Source: a virus
Taxonomy: Duplodnaviria; Heunggongvirae; Uroviricota; Caudoviricetes
DNA length: 64,000 bases
IMG/VR virus record: IMGVR_UViG_3300033150_000619
Direction: 5' to 3' (one strand)
Below are positions 39,677 through 48,357 of the stretch, in pieces. The position numbers and the translations under genes are program-made. Position 1 is the first letter of the stretch. Every line of letters begins with the position of its first letter. The notes below the pieces were generated by a model. The model was not told the DNA's origin. It searched no databases and saw only the letters and a program-made list of their open reading frames with translations.

Positions 39677-39988
39677 CTAGAGTATTCCCTGCTTCATCAT
39701 ATCCCTTATACTATCAGCAAAGATGTCCTCTAGAAACATACGCAAGCCGTAGTAGTATGCAAGGTAACCTGAACGTTGTCCCTTAAAGTGGAGCCTAAAT
39801 TCCATTGGCTCTCGCTTGGGAATTATGAGCTGGAAGTCCGCCACACCTATTTCAGCTCCGTACTCGTTCAGTACATCGAAGGAGTTGTATGCACCGTAGT
39901 ACTTCCTTTTATCTTCGACATCCCACTGGTAATTGATACCAGAACCGTGAGGTAGTGCCTCCTTAATCTTATCTACCTTAGTAAACAT
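39677..39988 (-). CDS. hypothetical protein
   Basis: 103 aa. Confidence 0.35.
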   Translation of the reverse strand: MFTKVDKIKEALPHGSGINYQWDVEDKRKYYGAYNSFDVLNEYGAEIGVADFQLIIPKREPMEFRLHFKGQRSGYLAYYYGLRMFLEDIFADSIRDMMKQGIL

Positions 39989-42396
39989 CTCGTCTCTACC
40001 TCCACATTAACTTCTGTGTATCAGTGGTCATTAACCACTGCTGGAAGTCGAAGCTACTATCCTGTTTCATCATCTCTAAGATGTGAGTTACACTCGAGTA
40101 GTTCATAAGCTCACCTCAGTAACTCCACTGCTTTCTCTAGAGCAGATGCTGAAGCAGTAAGTTCAGACTCTAGTTCAGAACAGAGCTTAACATAAAGCTC
40201 CCCATAGGCTTCACCTTCTTTATCGGTACAAGCTGTATCTCTAAAGAAGAGTACTGCTCTTTTGAGCCTATCTATCTCAACAATATTAAGTTCCATAGCG
40301 TTTCACCTGAGATTACTGGGTAGGGGAACGGGGCGGGCATATTGCCTCTCTACTCTCCCCGGCGACTCAGCATCATCCCAAGCGTTCCTACGCTTGTCCA
40401 CGAAGTTGTGGTCTTATACATCTTGCCACTCACCTTGGGGACGGGCTCTATAGCTGGGTCTTATTCGAGTTATGGGGTAGCTAGCAGGTTTGCTACCGGT
40501 CTCCCTTTTTGCTCCCTCTACTCTCCAGTCTCCTATCAGCTCTCTAATTCATCTAATGACTTTCCAGACTCCATAGAGTATTTCAATACCTCTAAGTGCT
40601 GGATAGTTGATTGGACTATACCAGAGTACCTCCTTCTTAATACCATCCTTCTATACCTCTCTAAAAGAGATATAGCGGTCTTGATTTCCTCCAGGCTCAG
40701 TGGGTCTACTTTAAAGACCGAATCGCTAATATTCTCTGGCTTAGCTGTCTTGAGCAAATTGCTCAGGTTCAGCCTTACTACTTTCTCGCCCATCCTCTAA
40801 CACTTCTCTAGTGAATATATCTTTTCTCTCACAACTCTTCTCGAGGCAGTCCCATACTGAAATACTCTTATGGTTGGGATAAACAGCAGAGATTATTCTC
40901 GTTGCTTCTTCCTCTGATTCAGCTTTACAATATTTAACTCGCGGGTGAGCCTTATGCTTCTCACCAAACCAGATTAGTGCCCTATAACACCTATCTTCTC
41001 CCATCTTTCTCACAAGCTGTAATCGTTACCAACTGGAAATGAGTGATGTCTCCCTCTAGCTCAGCCTTAGCTAAGACTCTGAGTACCTTATTCCTAGCTT
41101 CTGCAAGAGTATCTCCCTCTACCCGCAATATCACAGAGAATGTTCTTTCCTCTCCCATAATAACCACCTGATAATCTTTAGGCTTGTTCTTAAGACTTAT
41201 CCCTAAGTGTGTGACTGGTAACAATAATGTTCTTAGTGATAAGTGCCTCTGGATTCTTCAGACCATTTAGCTGGTCCTGCCAGGACAGACGCAGAGGGTG
41301 TTTCTTACCAATTAAGCTATAGCCTAACCTCTTCCTGATGTACTCCATTAACTCTCGATATGAAGTGAATACAACTATCTGAGCTGGAGCCATACAGAGA
41401 GTACAGGTATAATCATTACCGAATGGTAATGAAGCTACATATAATCTCCTGTTGTTAGCTCCCCATATTTCCCAGCACTTAGCACAGTAATAAAATTGAA
41501 CCAGCTCTATTCCTCCTAACTCTCGTTCATCTAATACTTATCGAATATGTTGCTGGTCTTTCTCTCTATTCCATCTCCTCTAAGGGAAGGAGCCAATCCC
41601 TCCAGCTCTAGCAAGCCTTCCCTAATATCTCCATCCTGAGACTCTAAGAAAGAATCTCTCTCGAGATGAATAGTTAGACCATCTCTGTCTGGTTCATTGT
41701 GTCTGAAATGAATCCTTATCCCGACGGCAGTCTGTACCGTCTCAACATAGGTATAATCGCCTATGATACCCGACACATGACCAGACTTTATCCATATAGC
41801 AGACATTAGTTAAACCCTACATCATCCATTATCTCATCGACTAGCGTTGCAATATCATCGAATCTAACTTCAAGTACCTTGAGTAATCTATCATCTTCAT
41901 CGGTAATAACCGGCAATATTAGATTCTCTAAAACTACCTCTAGCGTTGCTAGAGTAGTGTGTATCTGCTGTCTATTCTCTAGAATGGAGAATATACGAGG
42001 AATCATATCTACGACTGCACCTGGATATATGCGCCTAATAGACTTCTTGTACTCTTCCATTTACTTCTCTCTCCTAAGTGTTACTCACACTTATCTTCTC
42101 GGGGATTCTCTAACCCACAGAACGGCTGGCGACTGCACCACCTGTCCTGATAATTGGGGTCGAATCCAATCTTGGTCATACATTCTGTACAACTCATTGG
42201 TTCCAACTCCTGTTGGAGAATAATAAGAGAAGAAACCAGCTCTCGGTCTATCTCTTGCCCTTCTCAGTCTTGGTCTTCTTCTCGAATATGAGGCGGATAG
42301 TAGGTGCTTCTTCTACACGCTTAACCAGTTCGCAGTACTCTATTACCGTCATGTTAGGCGGGTAATGTACTCTACCGCGCCATCCTCTCTTTCCCA

Positions 42397-42876
42397 TTAT
42401 TCTTCAATCTCCACCCGTATTGTGAACCTGGGTATCTTATCTGGTGTAATCTTTCTCGTGCTCTTTCTCTTTTCAGTCACCTGAGTGACTGTATGCTTTC
42501 TGTAGTACTCCTTAAGCTGTCTATTCCTCTCTACCAACATAGCAGATATATCTTGATTCAATAGCTTAAGACGAGCCTTTATTTCTTCCATATCAGCCCT
42601 GCGGTCAGCTATCGCCGCATTGTACTTTATTATCATATCCCTAGCCCTTCTACTACTAAAGACCGGACTAACTAGGGGACAATATGAAGGTAGCTTCTTG
42701 TCCTTGATATACTCTTTAAGATTGAAACCCTCATCGAGACACACCATGTTCTTACAGAGTGAACAGTTCCAATCCATCTTTTTAGGTCTGGGTTTAGGCT
42801 TGGAACCACTCACCCTTGGTCTCGGTGCTGGGGGCACTGGGACTTTAACAGCTACTATCTTTTCTTTACTACTCAT
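42397..42876 (-). CDS. basic protein, possible nucleic-acid binding
   Basis: 159 aa; Pro/Lys/Arg-rich N-terminus (PVPPAPRPRVSGSKPKPRPKK), CSLC motif, coiled coil. Confidence 0.4.
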   Translation of the reverse strand: MSSKEKIVAVKVPVPPAPRPRVSGSKPKPRPKKMDWNCSLCKNMVCLDEGFNLKEYIKDKKLPSYCPLVSPVFSSRRARDMIIKYNAAIADRRADMEEIKARLKLLNQDISAMLVERNRQLKEYYRKHTVTQVTEKRKSTRKITPDKIPRFTIRVEIEE

Positions 42877-43271
42877 GTAAGCACCTCTTTCAGTCTGTCA
42901 AGCAGGTTAATCACCTGCTTAGATAGTAGCTTATTGTCTAGGTGCTTACCTTTTACCAATTCCCATAGGAAATAAGATGTCTCTACCTTAACTCTAGGTG
43001 TATTAATTCTTTCACTTATAATCAGGGGGCTACCGTCAAATTGCCAGAACGTGCGTGTCTTGGTCTTGACTGGTTTAATCTTAATAGCTGTATAATCTTT
43101 ACCGTAGTGTAGGTTTAGGTCGTACCTACCTACCCTAACAATATCTCCCCGTAATAACCTACCTATCTTTCCTCTAGTAGACTTTATCGGGGTATATTTA
43201 GGTACAACTACATTAACAACCTTTAGGAGATTACCCTGCTCCTGCTCTATTAGCTCTTGTTCTCCTTCCAC
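42873..43271 (-). CDS. hypothetical protein
   Basis: 132 aa; its upstream region carries AGCTCTCG iterons. Confidence 0.4.
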   Translation of the reverse strand: MEGEQELIEQEQGNLLKVVNVVVPKYTPIKSTRGKIGRLLRGDIVRVGRYDLNLHYGKDYTAIKIKPVKTKTRTFWQFDGSPLIISERINTPRVKVETSYFLWELVKGKHLDNKLLSKQVINLLDRLKEVLT

Positions 43272-43284
43272 TGCCCAGCACCTT

Positions 43285-43380
43285 ACTTATTAGCTCTCGT
43301 TAATCGTGCTAAACCAGCTCTCGGAAATATATTAGCTCTCGTCGGTAATTGCCGATTAACTCCAGCTCTAGCTGATAAAA
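43285..43380. repeat. iteron-like array: four AGCTCT(C/A)G motifs spaced at about 18-30 nt
   Basis: tagctctcgt at 43291, cagctctcgg at 43316, tagctctcgt at 43334, cagctctagc at 43364; lies in the promoter region of 42873..43271. Confidence 0.8.
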
Positions 43381-43394
43381 TCGTTATGATAGAA

Positions 43395-43447
43395 TATAAA
43401 AAAGGGAATGGGTATCTCCACACTCGCCGGTTCCCCTATCCGAGTGT
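43395..43447 (-). terminator. hairpin plus oligo-T downstream of 43436..43696
   Basis: ACACTCG (43420-43426) pairs with CGAGTGT (43441-43447) and overlaps the stop; on the minus strand a T6 run (plus 43397-43402) lies 16 nt beyond. Confidence 0.35.
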
Positions 43448-43696
43448 AAAGATAACCTTTTCTTTGCCTTCGGACATGGCTTCACGGAATTTGTCTATCA
43501 CTTCGGGGAACCAGAATTCCGCTAACTCTTTAGCCACTGCAGTTCTTTCGTAGTTGGGGAAGGTGTTATTGAGGGCTATCTTATGTGAATCCTCCTCGAA
43601 GGTCACATAGATTTTGGCGGGAAGGTCACCGGTTCGTACCTGTGTGGGTATGCGAAGGCTAACATTCGTTTCCTTTTCGTTGGGTTTTGCCGACAT
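43436..43696 (-). CDS. hypothetical protein
   Basis: 86 aa; preceded by TTTATAAAT 32 nt upstream of the ATG. Confidence 0.4.
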   Translation of the reverse strand: MSAKPNEKETNVSLRIPTQVRTGDLPAKIYVTFEEDSHKIALNNTFPNYERTAVAKELAEFWFPEVIDKFREAMSEGKEKVIFTLG

Positions 43697-43728
43697 AACG
43701 CATCAGCGTTCTAATAGCGGTTCAATGG

Positions 43729-43737
43729 ATTTATAAA
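43729..43737 (-). promoter_or_regulatory. TATA-like box TTTATAAAT
   Basis: Minus-strand TTTATAAAT ends 32 nt upstream of ATG 43696. Confidence 0.4.
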
Positions 43738-43985
43738 CCTATCGCCGTCCATCGCCTTAACGCTACTACCACCATTCTTCTACGGTTAATCTGATTATTC
43801 TATCTTTAACATAATAATATACCCTATACATACATACCCTACACCCTACTTATGATAGCTATCGGTCAATCGGTGATTAATCTGTCGTCGTTGGTCAACC
43901 TTTCATAAATCAATCAGCTAAGTCGTAAACAGTTGACACAACTTTACAATTGATTGAGGCGGTTTCCTTTACTGATTTACTGATT

Positions 43986-44011
43986 GAAACGGTTTTACAC
44001 AAGACCGTTTC
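43986..44011. repeat. palindromic hairpin cassette copy A (GAAACGG-N12-CCGTTTC)
   Basis: GAAACGGTTTTACACAAGACCGTTTC; 7-8 bp arms; loop TTACACAAG in the ACACAA orientation. Confidence 0.9.
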
Positions 44012-44033
44012 TATAAGGAAATAAAAGGGGTAT

Positions 44034-44369
44034 TTAGGATATTCTCCTTATCCATTGTTGGGGATGTATTGGTTTGTTTATTCTACTCATGTCTATGATA
44101 CACGCTTTACAGTCTGATACAGATATGGTTACGCCCCTGTTGGTACAATACAGCTCGGTTGAATCACCAATTAACCATATCTCTATGTACGGGCATTGGA
44201 ACCGACCGCGTGTAAGACAACCGTTCATCTTCTCTAATTCCTTTATGCGGTTCTGTATATATTCTATCTCTCTGGTTCTGTCCCTATCTGTAAGTGTCTG
44301 TTGGTATTCTAATTCCATGTATAAACCATGTAGACTTAGACTGTCTATCATATCCTTAAACTCTAACAT
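44034..44369 (-). CDS. hypothetical Cys-containing protein (island)
   Basis: 111 aa; T-rich codon usage distinct from the rest of the window. Confidence 0.4.
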   Translation of the reverse strand: MLEFKDMIDSLSLHGLYMELEYQQTLTDRDRTREIEYIQNRIKELEKMNGCLTRGRFQCPYIEIWLIGDSTELYCTNRGVTISVSDCKACIIDMSRINKPIHPQQWIRRIS

Positions 44370-44881
44370 TATATCGCCTCTATTATGCTGTGTGTAGGTG
44401 TTAGCTCTTGTAGTGCCGAAGGTAGTGATTCATCTACCATCTTAGGCGGGTAAGATATAGGATATGCTAAGTGCATCCCTGTCCTCGTTAATTCATAATA
44501 CGTTAGTTTATCCCATCTTTTCTTTTTAGACTCACGGTTCCTAATCCTTAATACACTTCTTATTTCTATTATCCCTAACTCTAACAGTCTGAGGATAACT
44601 TTAGTAGCTGTAAACTCTGTTATGTCTCTTAGCTTATAGTGCTTACGCAGTCTCATCTCTAGTTCCTTTCGTTGGAATGGTTCACCGTAGATTAACCTAA
44701 GTAGCTTTCTATCTATGTTGATAGGCTGTTCTATATTCATTAACTCTCGCTGTATCCGTAAAGCATAGCCTACGCTTAGTTTACCGTGTTCTCTCATATG
44801 TTCTAGTTTTTGTTGTAGCTGTGGGGATATGCTACCTTTGGATACAGTCTTAGGGAGTTTCGGCATAGTGTTGACTGACAT
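44369..44881 (-). CDS. putative winged-helix DNA-binding protein (island)
   Basis: 170 aa; two wHTH-like segments (LSVGYALRIQRELMNIEQP; KVILRLLELGIIEIR...YYELTRTG); leaderless ATG 24 nt after a TTAAATA box. Confidence 0.45.
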   Translation of the reverse strand: MSVNTMPKLPKTVSKGSISPQLQQKLEHMREHGKLSVGYALRIQRELMNIEQPINIDRKLLRLIYGEPFQRKELEMRLRKHYKLRDITEFTATKVILRLLELGIIEIRSVLRIRNRESKKKRWDKLTYYELTRTGMHLAYPISYPPKMVDESLPSALQELTPTHSIIEAI

Positions 44882-44904
44882 AGTGGATAAACGACATCGG
44901 ATAG

Positions 44905-44916
44905 CTATTTAACACT
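44905..44916 (-). promoter_or_regulatory. TATA-like box GTGTTAAATAG, 24 nt upstream of leaderless ATG 44881
   Basis: Minus-strand aaagtgTTAAATAgctatccgatgtcgtttatccactATG; no Shine-Dalgarno; lies directly downstream of hairpin copy B. Confidence 0.5.
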
Positions 44917-44926
44917 TTGCATTAAT

Positions 44927-44952
44927 GAAACGGCTTTACACAAGACCGTATT
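44927..44952. repeat. palindromic hairpin cassette copy B
   Basis: GAAACGGCTTTACACAAGACCGTATT (3-prime arm slightly degenerate). Confidence 0.85.
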
Positions 44953-44961
44953 ATGTTGTCA

Positions 44962-45255
44962 TTAACATACTCTCTTACCATGTATAGGGTGGTATTCCCC
45001 TATGTTGATTATATGAGGGGGTAGAGTCCTTAATCCGTTTACAAATCCTATACGTTCCATCTCTCGATAAAGGTTCTGTATAGGCTTAGTAACTACAACA
45101 TTAAACGGCTTCGTGAGTGGGGCATTATCCTCATACAGATATGTGCCTCTGCTTAGACTCCTTAGATGAGTTAAGCTCTCGACTTTGATAAATCTCTGAG
45201 TGAATAAGGTTTGAGTGTATATTGGCGTCATCGTAAACTCTATTGTTGACGACAT
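44962..45255 (-). CDS. hypothetical protein (island)
   Basis: 97 aa; leaderless ATG 24 nt after a TTAAATAC box. Confidence 0.4.
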   Translation of the reverse strand: MSSTIEFTMTPIYTQTLFTQRFIKVESLTHLRSLSRGTYLYEDNAPLTKPFNVVVTKPIQNLYREMERIGFVNGLRTLPPHIINIGEYHPIHGKRVC

Positions 45256-45276
45256 TGGGTAAGAAGAAAGAGAATA

Positions 45277-45289
45277 GAGTATTTAACAC
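45277..45289 (-). promoter_or_regulatory. TATA-like box GTGTTAAATACTC, 24 nt upstream of ATG 45255
   Basis: Minus-strand ggaagtgTTAAATActctattctctttcttcttacccaATG; downstream of hairpin copy C. Confidence 0.5.
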
Positions 45290-45298
45290 TTCCTACAT

Positions 45299-45324
45299 GA
45301 AACGGCTTTGTGTAAGACCGTTTC
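45299..45324. repeat. palindromic hairpin cassette copy C
   Basis: GAAACGGCTTTGTGTAAGACCGTTTC; perfect 7-bp arms; loop is in the opposite orientation to copies A and B. Confidence 0.9.
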
Positions 45325-45435
45325 ATAAAGGAATAGATAGGTTAAGGGTTATGTCAGCGATTATATTGCCCTCAACCTATCCGAACATATAGCTTATGGA
45401 GTATATTTAAGATTATCGAAATAAAGGGGGAAGTG

Positions 45436-45708
45436 TTATCTATTGTATTTGTGTCTATACTTATTTCTCTTATGGACATAAGACCCCTTAGTATTTCCGT
45501 GGATAGTATAAGCTGTTTCAAACAACTTATTATCTATCTGTGTTTGGGTTTCAGCTAAACATGAGTTATACTCTGTCACTCTTACTTTACCCCTACACCG
45601 TGGACATCTTACAACAGTGCCCAATCTATCAACGGCGTGAGTAAAGATATATCCACATACCTTACCCCTCTTATTTCTGTTTAAACAGCGTATAAGGCGG
45701 TTAGGCAT
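45436..45708 (-). CDS. zinc-ribbon protein (island)
   Basis: 90 aa; CLNRNKRGKVCGY ... CPRCRGK; basic C-terminus. Confidence 0.4.
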   Translation of the reverse strand: MPNRLIRCLNRNKRGKVCGYIFTHAVDRLGTVVRCPRCRGKVRVTEYNSCLAETQTQIDNKLFETAYTIHGNTKGSYVHKRNKYRHKYNR

Positions 45709-46034
45709 TAGGGCTGTATCTCCGTTAAGTTATATCGTGGTTCTCTGTCGTTGAGTGCATCCATGTATCCCTCATAATATCCACTTAAGCGTCCGTTTTG
45801 ATATGATACATGATAAGCGTTCATCCATCCCTTCAATGACTGTTTAGTATTATTTAGTATCTCCGTTGTTAGTTGGTGAGTCTTTAGCAGTTTATTGTAT
45901 TCGTTAGTTAGTGCTTTATTCTCTGTCTCTAATTCTTCTATACATTCCCTTAATGGAGTTATCTGTGTCTGATATAGAAAGGAAAGAAATAGGAGATTAA
46001 AGGCTATGGGTATAGCGTAGTATTTCTTACGCAT
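45708..46034 (-). CDS. membrane-anchored coiled-coil protein (island)
   Basis: 108 aa; N-terminal TM/signal segment (AIPIAFNLLFLSFLY) then coiled coil. Confidence 0.4.
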   Translation of the reverse strand: MRKKYYAIPIAFNLLFLSFLYQTQITPLRECIEELETENKALTNEYNKLLKTHQLTTEILNNTKQSLKGWMNAYHVSYQNGRLSGYYEGYMDALNDREPRYNLTEIQP

Positions 46035-46407
46035 CTAACCACTCACCATAACCGTGACTCTGTAACCATTGAGTATAGGCTTTCACTGTGTCTTTATCGT
46101 GGTCTGTGTTTATCGTAAAACCATTCGACGTAAGATATTGGTGAACATTGATAAAGTCTAAGGCATAGGGTGTTCTCTTAATCATTGGAGCTAAACCCCA
46201 TAAATCGTAGTCGTTATCTTCCTCAACCACATGGATAGATAGGTAGCCGCCAACATAATGTATCATGGCTGTATGTTTGTGTTCATTATTGAACATTAAG
46301 TAGTAACCGCTTAGTGAAACGGATATGGGACGTAGGTAGTGATTAGAGAATAACATTAGCTTCTCTTTAGTGTCTGTTACCTCAGCATAAGTCATCATAT
46401 GACACAA
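46027..46407 (-). CDS. hypothetical protein (island)
   Basis: 126 aa. Confidence 0.4.
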   Translation of the reverse strand: MCHMMTYAEVTDTKEKLMLFSNHYLRPISVSLSGYYLMFNNEHKHTAMIHYVGGYLSIHVVEEDNDYDLWGLAPMIKRTPYALDFINVHQYLTSNGFTINTDHDKDTVKAYTQWLQSHGYGEWLDA

Positions 46408-46739
46408 CTCTGCTTAAGTCTATAATGAACGTCTATTAATGAGATAACAGCGTTTAACATAGCCTCTCTATTATAGTATTGAAGTTGCATACCTTCGTTA
46501 TGAGCGGTTGCCCACCGTGGTTCATGTTCATCGTAGGGGTGCACATATATTGTTAGTGTATGTTCTCTGTGTGGTATCTTAAAGCCTTCAAATCGGATAA
46601 CTGTATCATTGGGTTTTATGTGTATCATGGCTGTGTCCGACAAATCCATAGAAGGGATAAAGTCTATGGTTTCAGTGTAGAAGGGTATTCCCTCACGTAT
46701 TTTATTCTCATACTTTTCGGTTAGTATCATCTCTATCAT
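46395..46739 (-). CDS. hypothetical protein (island)
   Basis: 114 aa. Confidence 0.4.
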   Translation of the reverse strand: MIEMILTEKYENKIREGIPFYTETIDFIPSMDLSDTAMIHIKPNDTVIRFEGFKIPHREHTLTIYVHPYDEHEPRWATAHNEGMQLQYYNREAMLNAVISLIDVHYRLKQSCVI

Positions 46740-46933
46740 CTCTCGTATTTCCTAACTATGTAAGCATGATTCTCTGTTATGTCTCTAAAAGCTACACTGA
46801 ATAAGTGAATAAGAATATCTAACTCTGTATTTAGTTTTAGGTGTTGGAACATATCCCAATTTTGGATTAGGCGGATTAGTCTGTTGCGTAGGGTGTTGGG
46901 GTATTCATCTAACTGAATTACTATCGCTGACAT
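46736..46933 (-). CDS. hypothetical protein (island)
   Basis: 65 aa; leaderless ATG 25 nt after a TTAAATAC box. Confidence 0.35.
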   Translation of the reverse strand: MSAIVIQLDEYPNTLRNRLIRLIQNWDMFQHLKLNTELDILIHLFSVAFRDITENHAYIVRKYER

Positions 46934-46955
46934 AGTAATAATGAAAGAGGGGTAA

Positions 46956-46967
46956 GAGTATTTAACG
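46956..46967 (-). promoter_or_regulatory. TATA-like box CGTTAAATACTC, 25 nt upstream of ATG 46933
   Basis: Minus-strand aacgTTAAATActcttacccctctttcattattactATG. Confidence 0.45.
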
Positions 46968-47149
46968 TTTATGATTCATTGATTTGAGTTGATGATAAAA
47001 GCAGTTGAATATTAGACTAAAGTATCTTAGTCTTTCTGCCTTAGTCTTAGCGTTCTCAAACCTTATGAGCAGTGGATTTCTGTCACTCATGAATAAAAGG
47101 CTACAACATGGATAAAAAGAGATTATGGATTATGACTCTATGACTCTAT

Positions 47150-47175
47150 GAAACGGTGTTGTGTAAGACCGTTTC
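47150..47175. repeat. palindromic hairpin cassette copy D
   Basis: GAAACGGTGTTGTGTAAGACCGTTTC; perfect 7-bp arms; loop orientation matches copy C. Confidence 0.9.
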
Positions 47176-47233
47176 AATTGGGTATTGTTGGTGGCCAGAT
47201 TCATGACTTTGACGCCTCATAAAAAGAAAGGGA

Positions 47234-48133
47234 TTAGTTAATCTGGCCCATATGGGATAGGGTATTGGGTATCGCTACCCTTTCGCTTAATCTGCTTTGT
47301 TCTTTATACCACCGAATTAGTTTAGTATCGTCATATTCCCAATAACAACTTAGTATAGCTTCAAATAGCTGTGTAGCTGTATCAATGTCTAATTCCTTAA
47401 ACTTATCTATGATTGAATAGAAGCATTTACTGATATTACCAAATTGCATCTCAGCTGGTGAGTTGTATGGTATATCCCTACTTTTACCGTATACTATTGG
47501 TGTTATTCCTAATTTCTCTAACCCCTCAATAACTGCATTAACCTTTCTATCCATTCTTAGATATTGTATATTCTCACCGTTATCTATTGCTTTTTGTATG
47601 AGTTGGAGTATTCTAACTGTTGTTTCTGTCGGTTCATGGTATACGTGATAATACCTTTTCTGTGTCTTAAGGTTGACTAACATAAGTATCTTAATTATTG
47701 CTTTATCTTCATACCGTAGATATGTGCGTGCGTGCTTTCTTCTCTTTATTGAACCGTCATTTAATCCATATCCATCCATGGCGTGAGTAACCAAATCGGT
47801 AGATAGATTTGAATTATATGTTTGTTTAGATGTTTCATACCTTACGTTAAAGACTCTTTTAGGGATTATGTTTAAACTCTTTTTGAGTCTAAACAGACGG
47901 GTTTTATTAGTGTTTAATATGTGTGCTGAAACATCTAAGCCTAAACCTAATTCGTTATGTATTGTTAGTCTTTCTTCTATTTCCTTTTCCTTTTCCGCTG
48001 ACATGGCTATACCCCTAACCGTTTCACCATTATATAAATGGCTAAGGTTGTTTTGGGAGGTGTTGGGTGAAAGTGGTTGCCCCACTATATTCACCCTTTC
48101 TGTTTCTTTTTGAGGTTTCATCGTTCTCCTCAA
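47234..48133 (-). CDS. hypothetical protein (island boundary)
   Basis: 299 aa; GAGGAG Shine-Dalgarno 4 nt upstream of the ATG; no recombinase or transposase motif recognised. Confidence 0.45.
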   Translation of the reverse strand: MRRTMKPQKETERVNIVGQPLSPNTSQNNLSHLYNGETVRGIAMSAEKEKEIEERLTIHNELGLGLDVSAHILNTNKTRLFRLKKSLNIIPKRVFNVRYETSKQTYNSNLSTDLVTHAMDGYGLNDGSIKRRKHARTYLRYEDKAIIKILMLVNLKTQKRYYHVYHEPTETTVRILQLIQKAIDNGENIQYLRMDRKVNAVIEGLEKLGITPIVYGKSRDIPYNSPAEMQFGNISKCFYSIIDKFKELDIDTATQLFEAILSCYWEYDDTKLIRWYKEQSRLSERVAIPNTLSHMGQIN

Positions 48134-48304
48134 TAAATAAAATTCAACCTTAAGGGTGACTCTGCATATAGATACGCGTCGTCATATGTCAGTGTCTAAT
48201 CCAAATCCAGATCATAACTGTATCGTAGTTGTTGGTGTAGTATAAATCTAGATCCTAATTGTATAGGATCCCCGTGTCGGTTAACATCCATAAAGTCCCC
48301 TATA

Positions 48305-48320
48305 CAGTAGTAAATGTACT
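48305..48320 (-). terminator. oligo-T tract downstream of nrdD
   Basis: Minus-strand ccatatattttttggagc about 40 nt after the nrdD stop (plus-strand aaaaaa at 48308-48313). Confidence 0.3.
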
Positions 48321-48357
48321 AGCTCCAAAAAATATATGGATAGGGATATGGTACAGG

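Noticed and set aside
40342-40800. 152-aa plus-strand ORF
   Set aside because: Overlaps minus-strand gene 40536..40793 and the GC-rich noncoding island; Ser/Leu/Pro low complexity; the region is flagged as a possible ncRNA instead.
47234-48133. Island-border 299-aa gene as integrase or transposase
   Set aside because: No R..HxxR..Y tyrosine-recombinase, serine-recombinase or DDE motifs recognisable; a weak LAGLIDADG-like stretch (AMDGYGLNDGSI) is not convincing.
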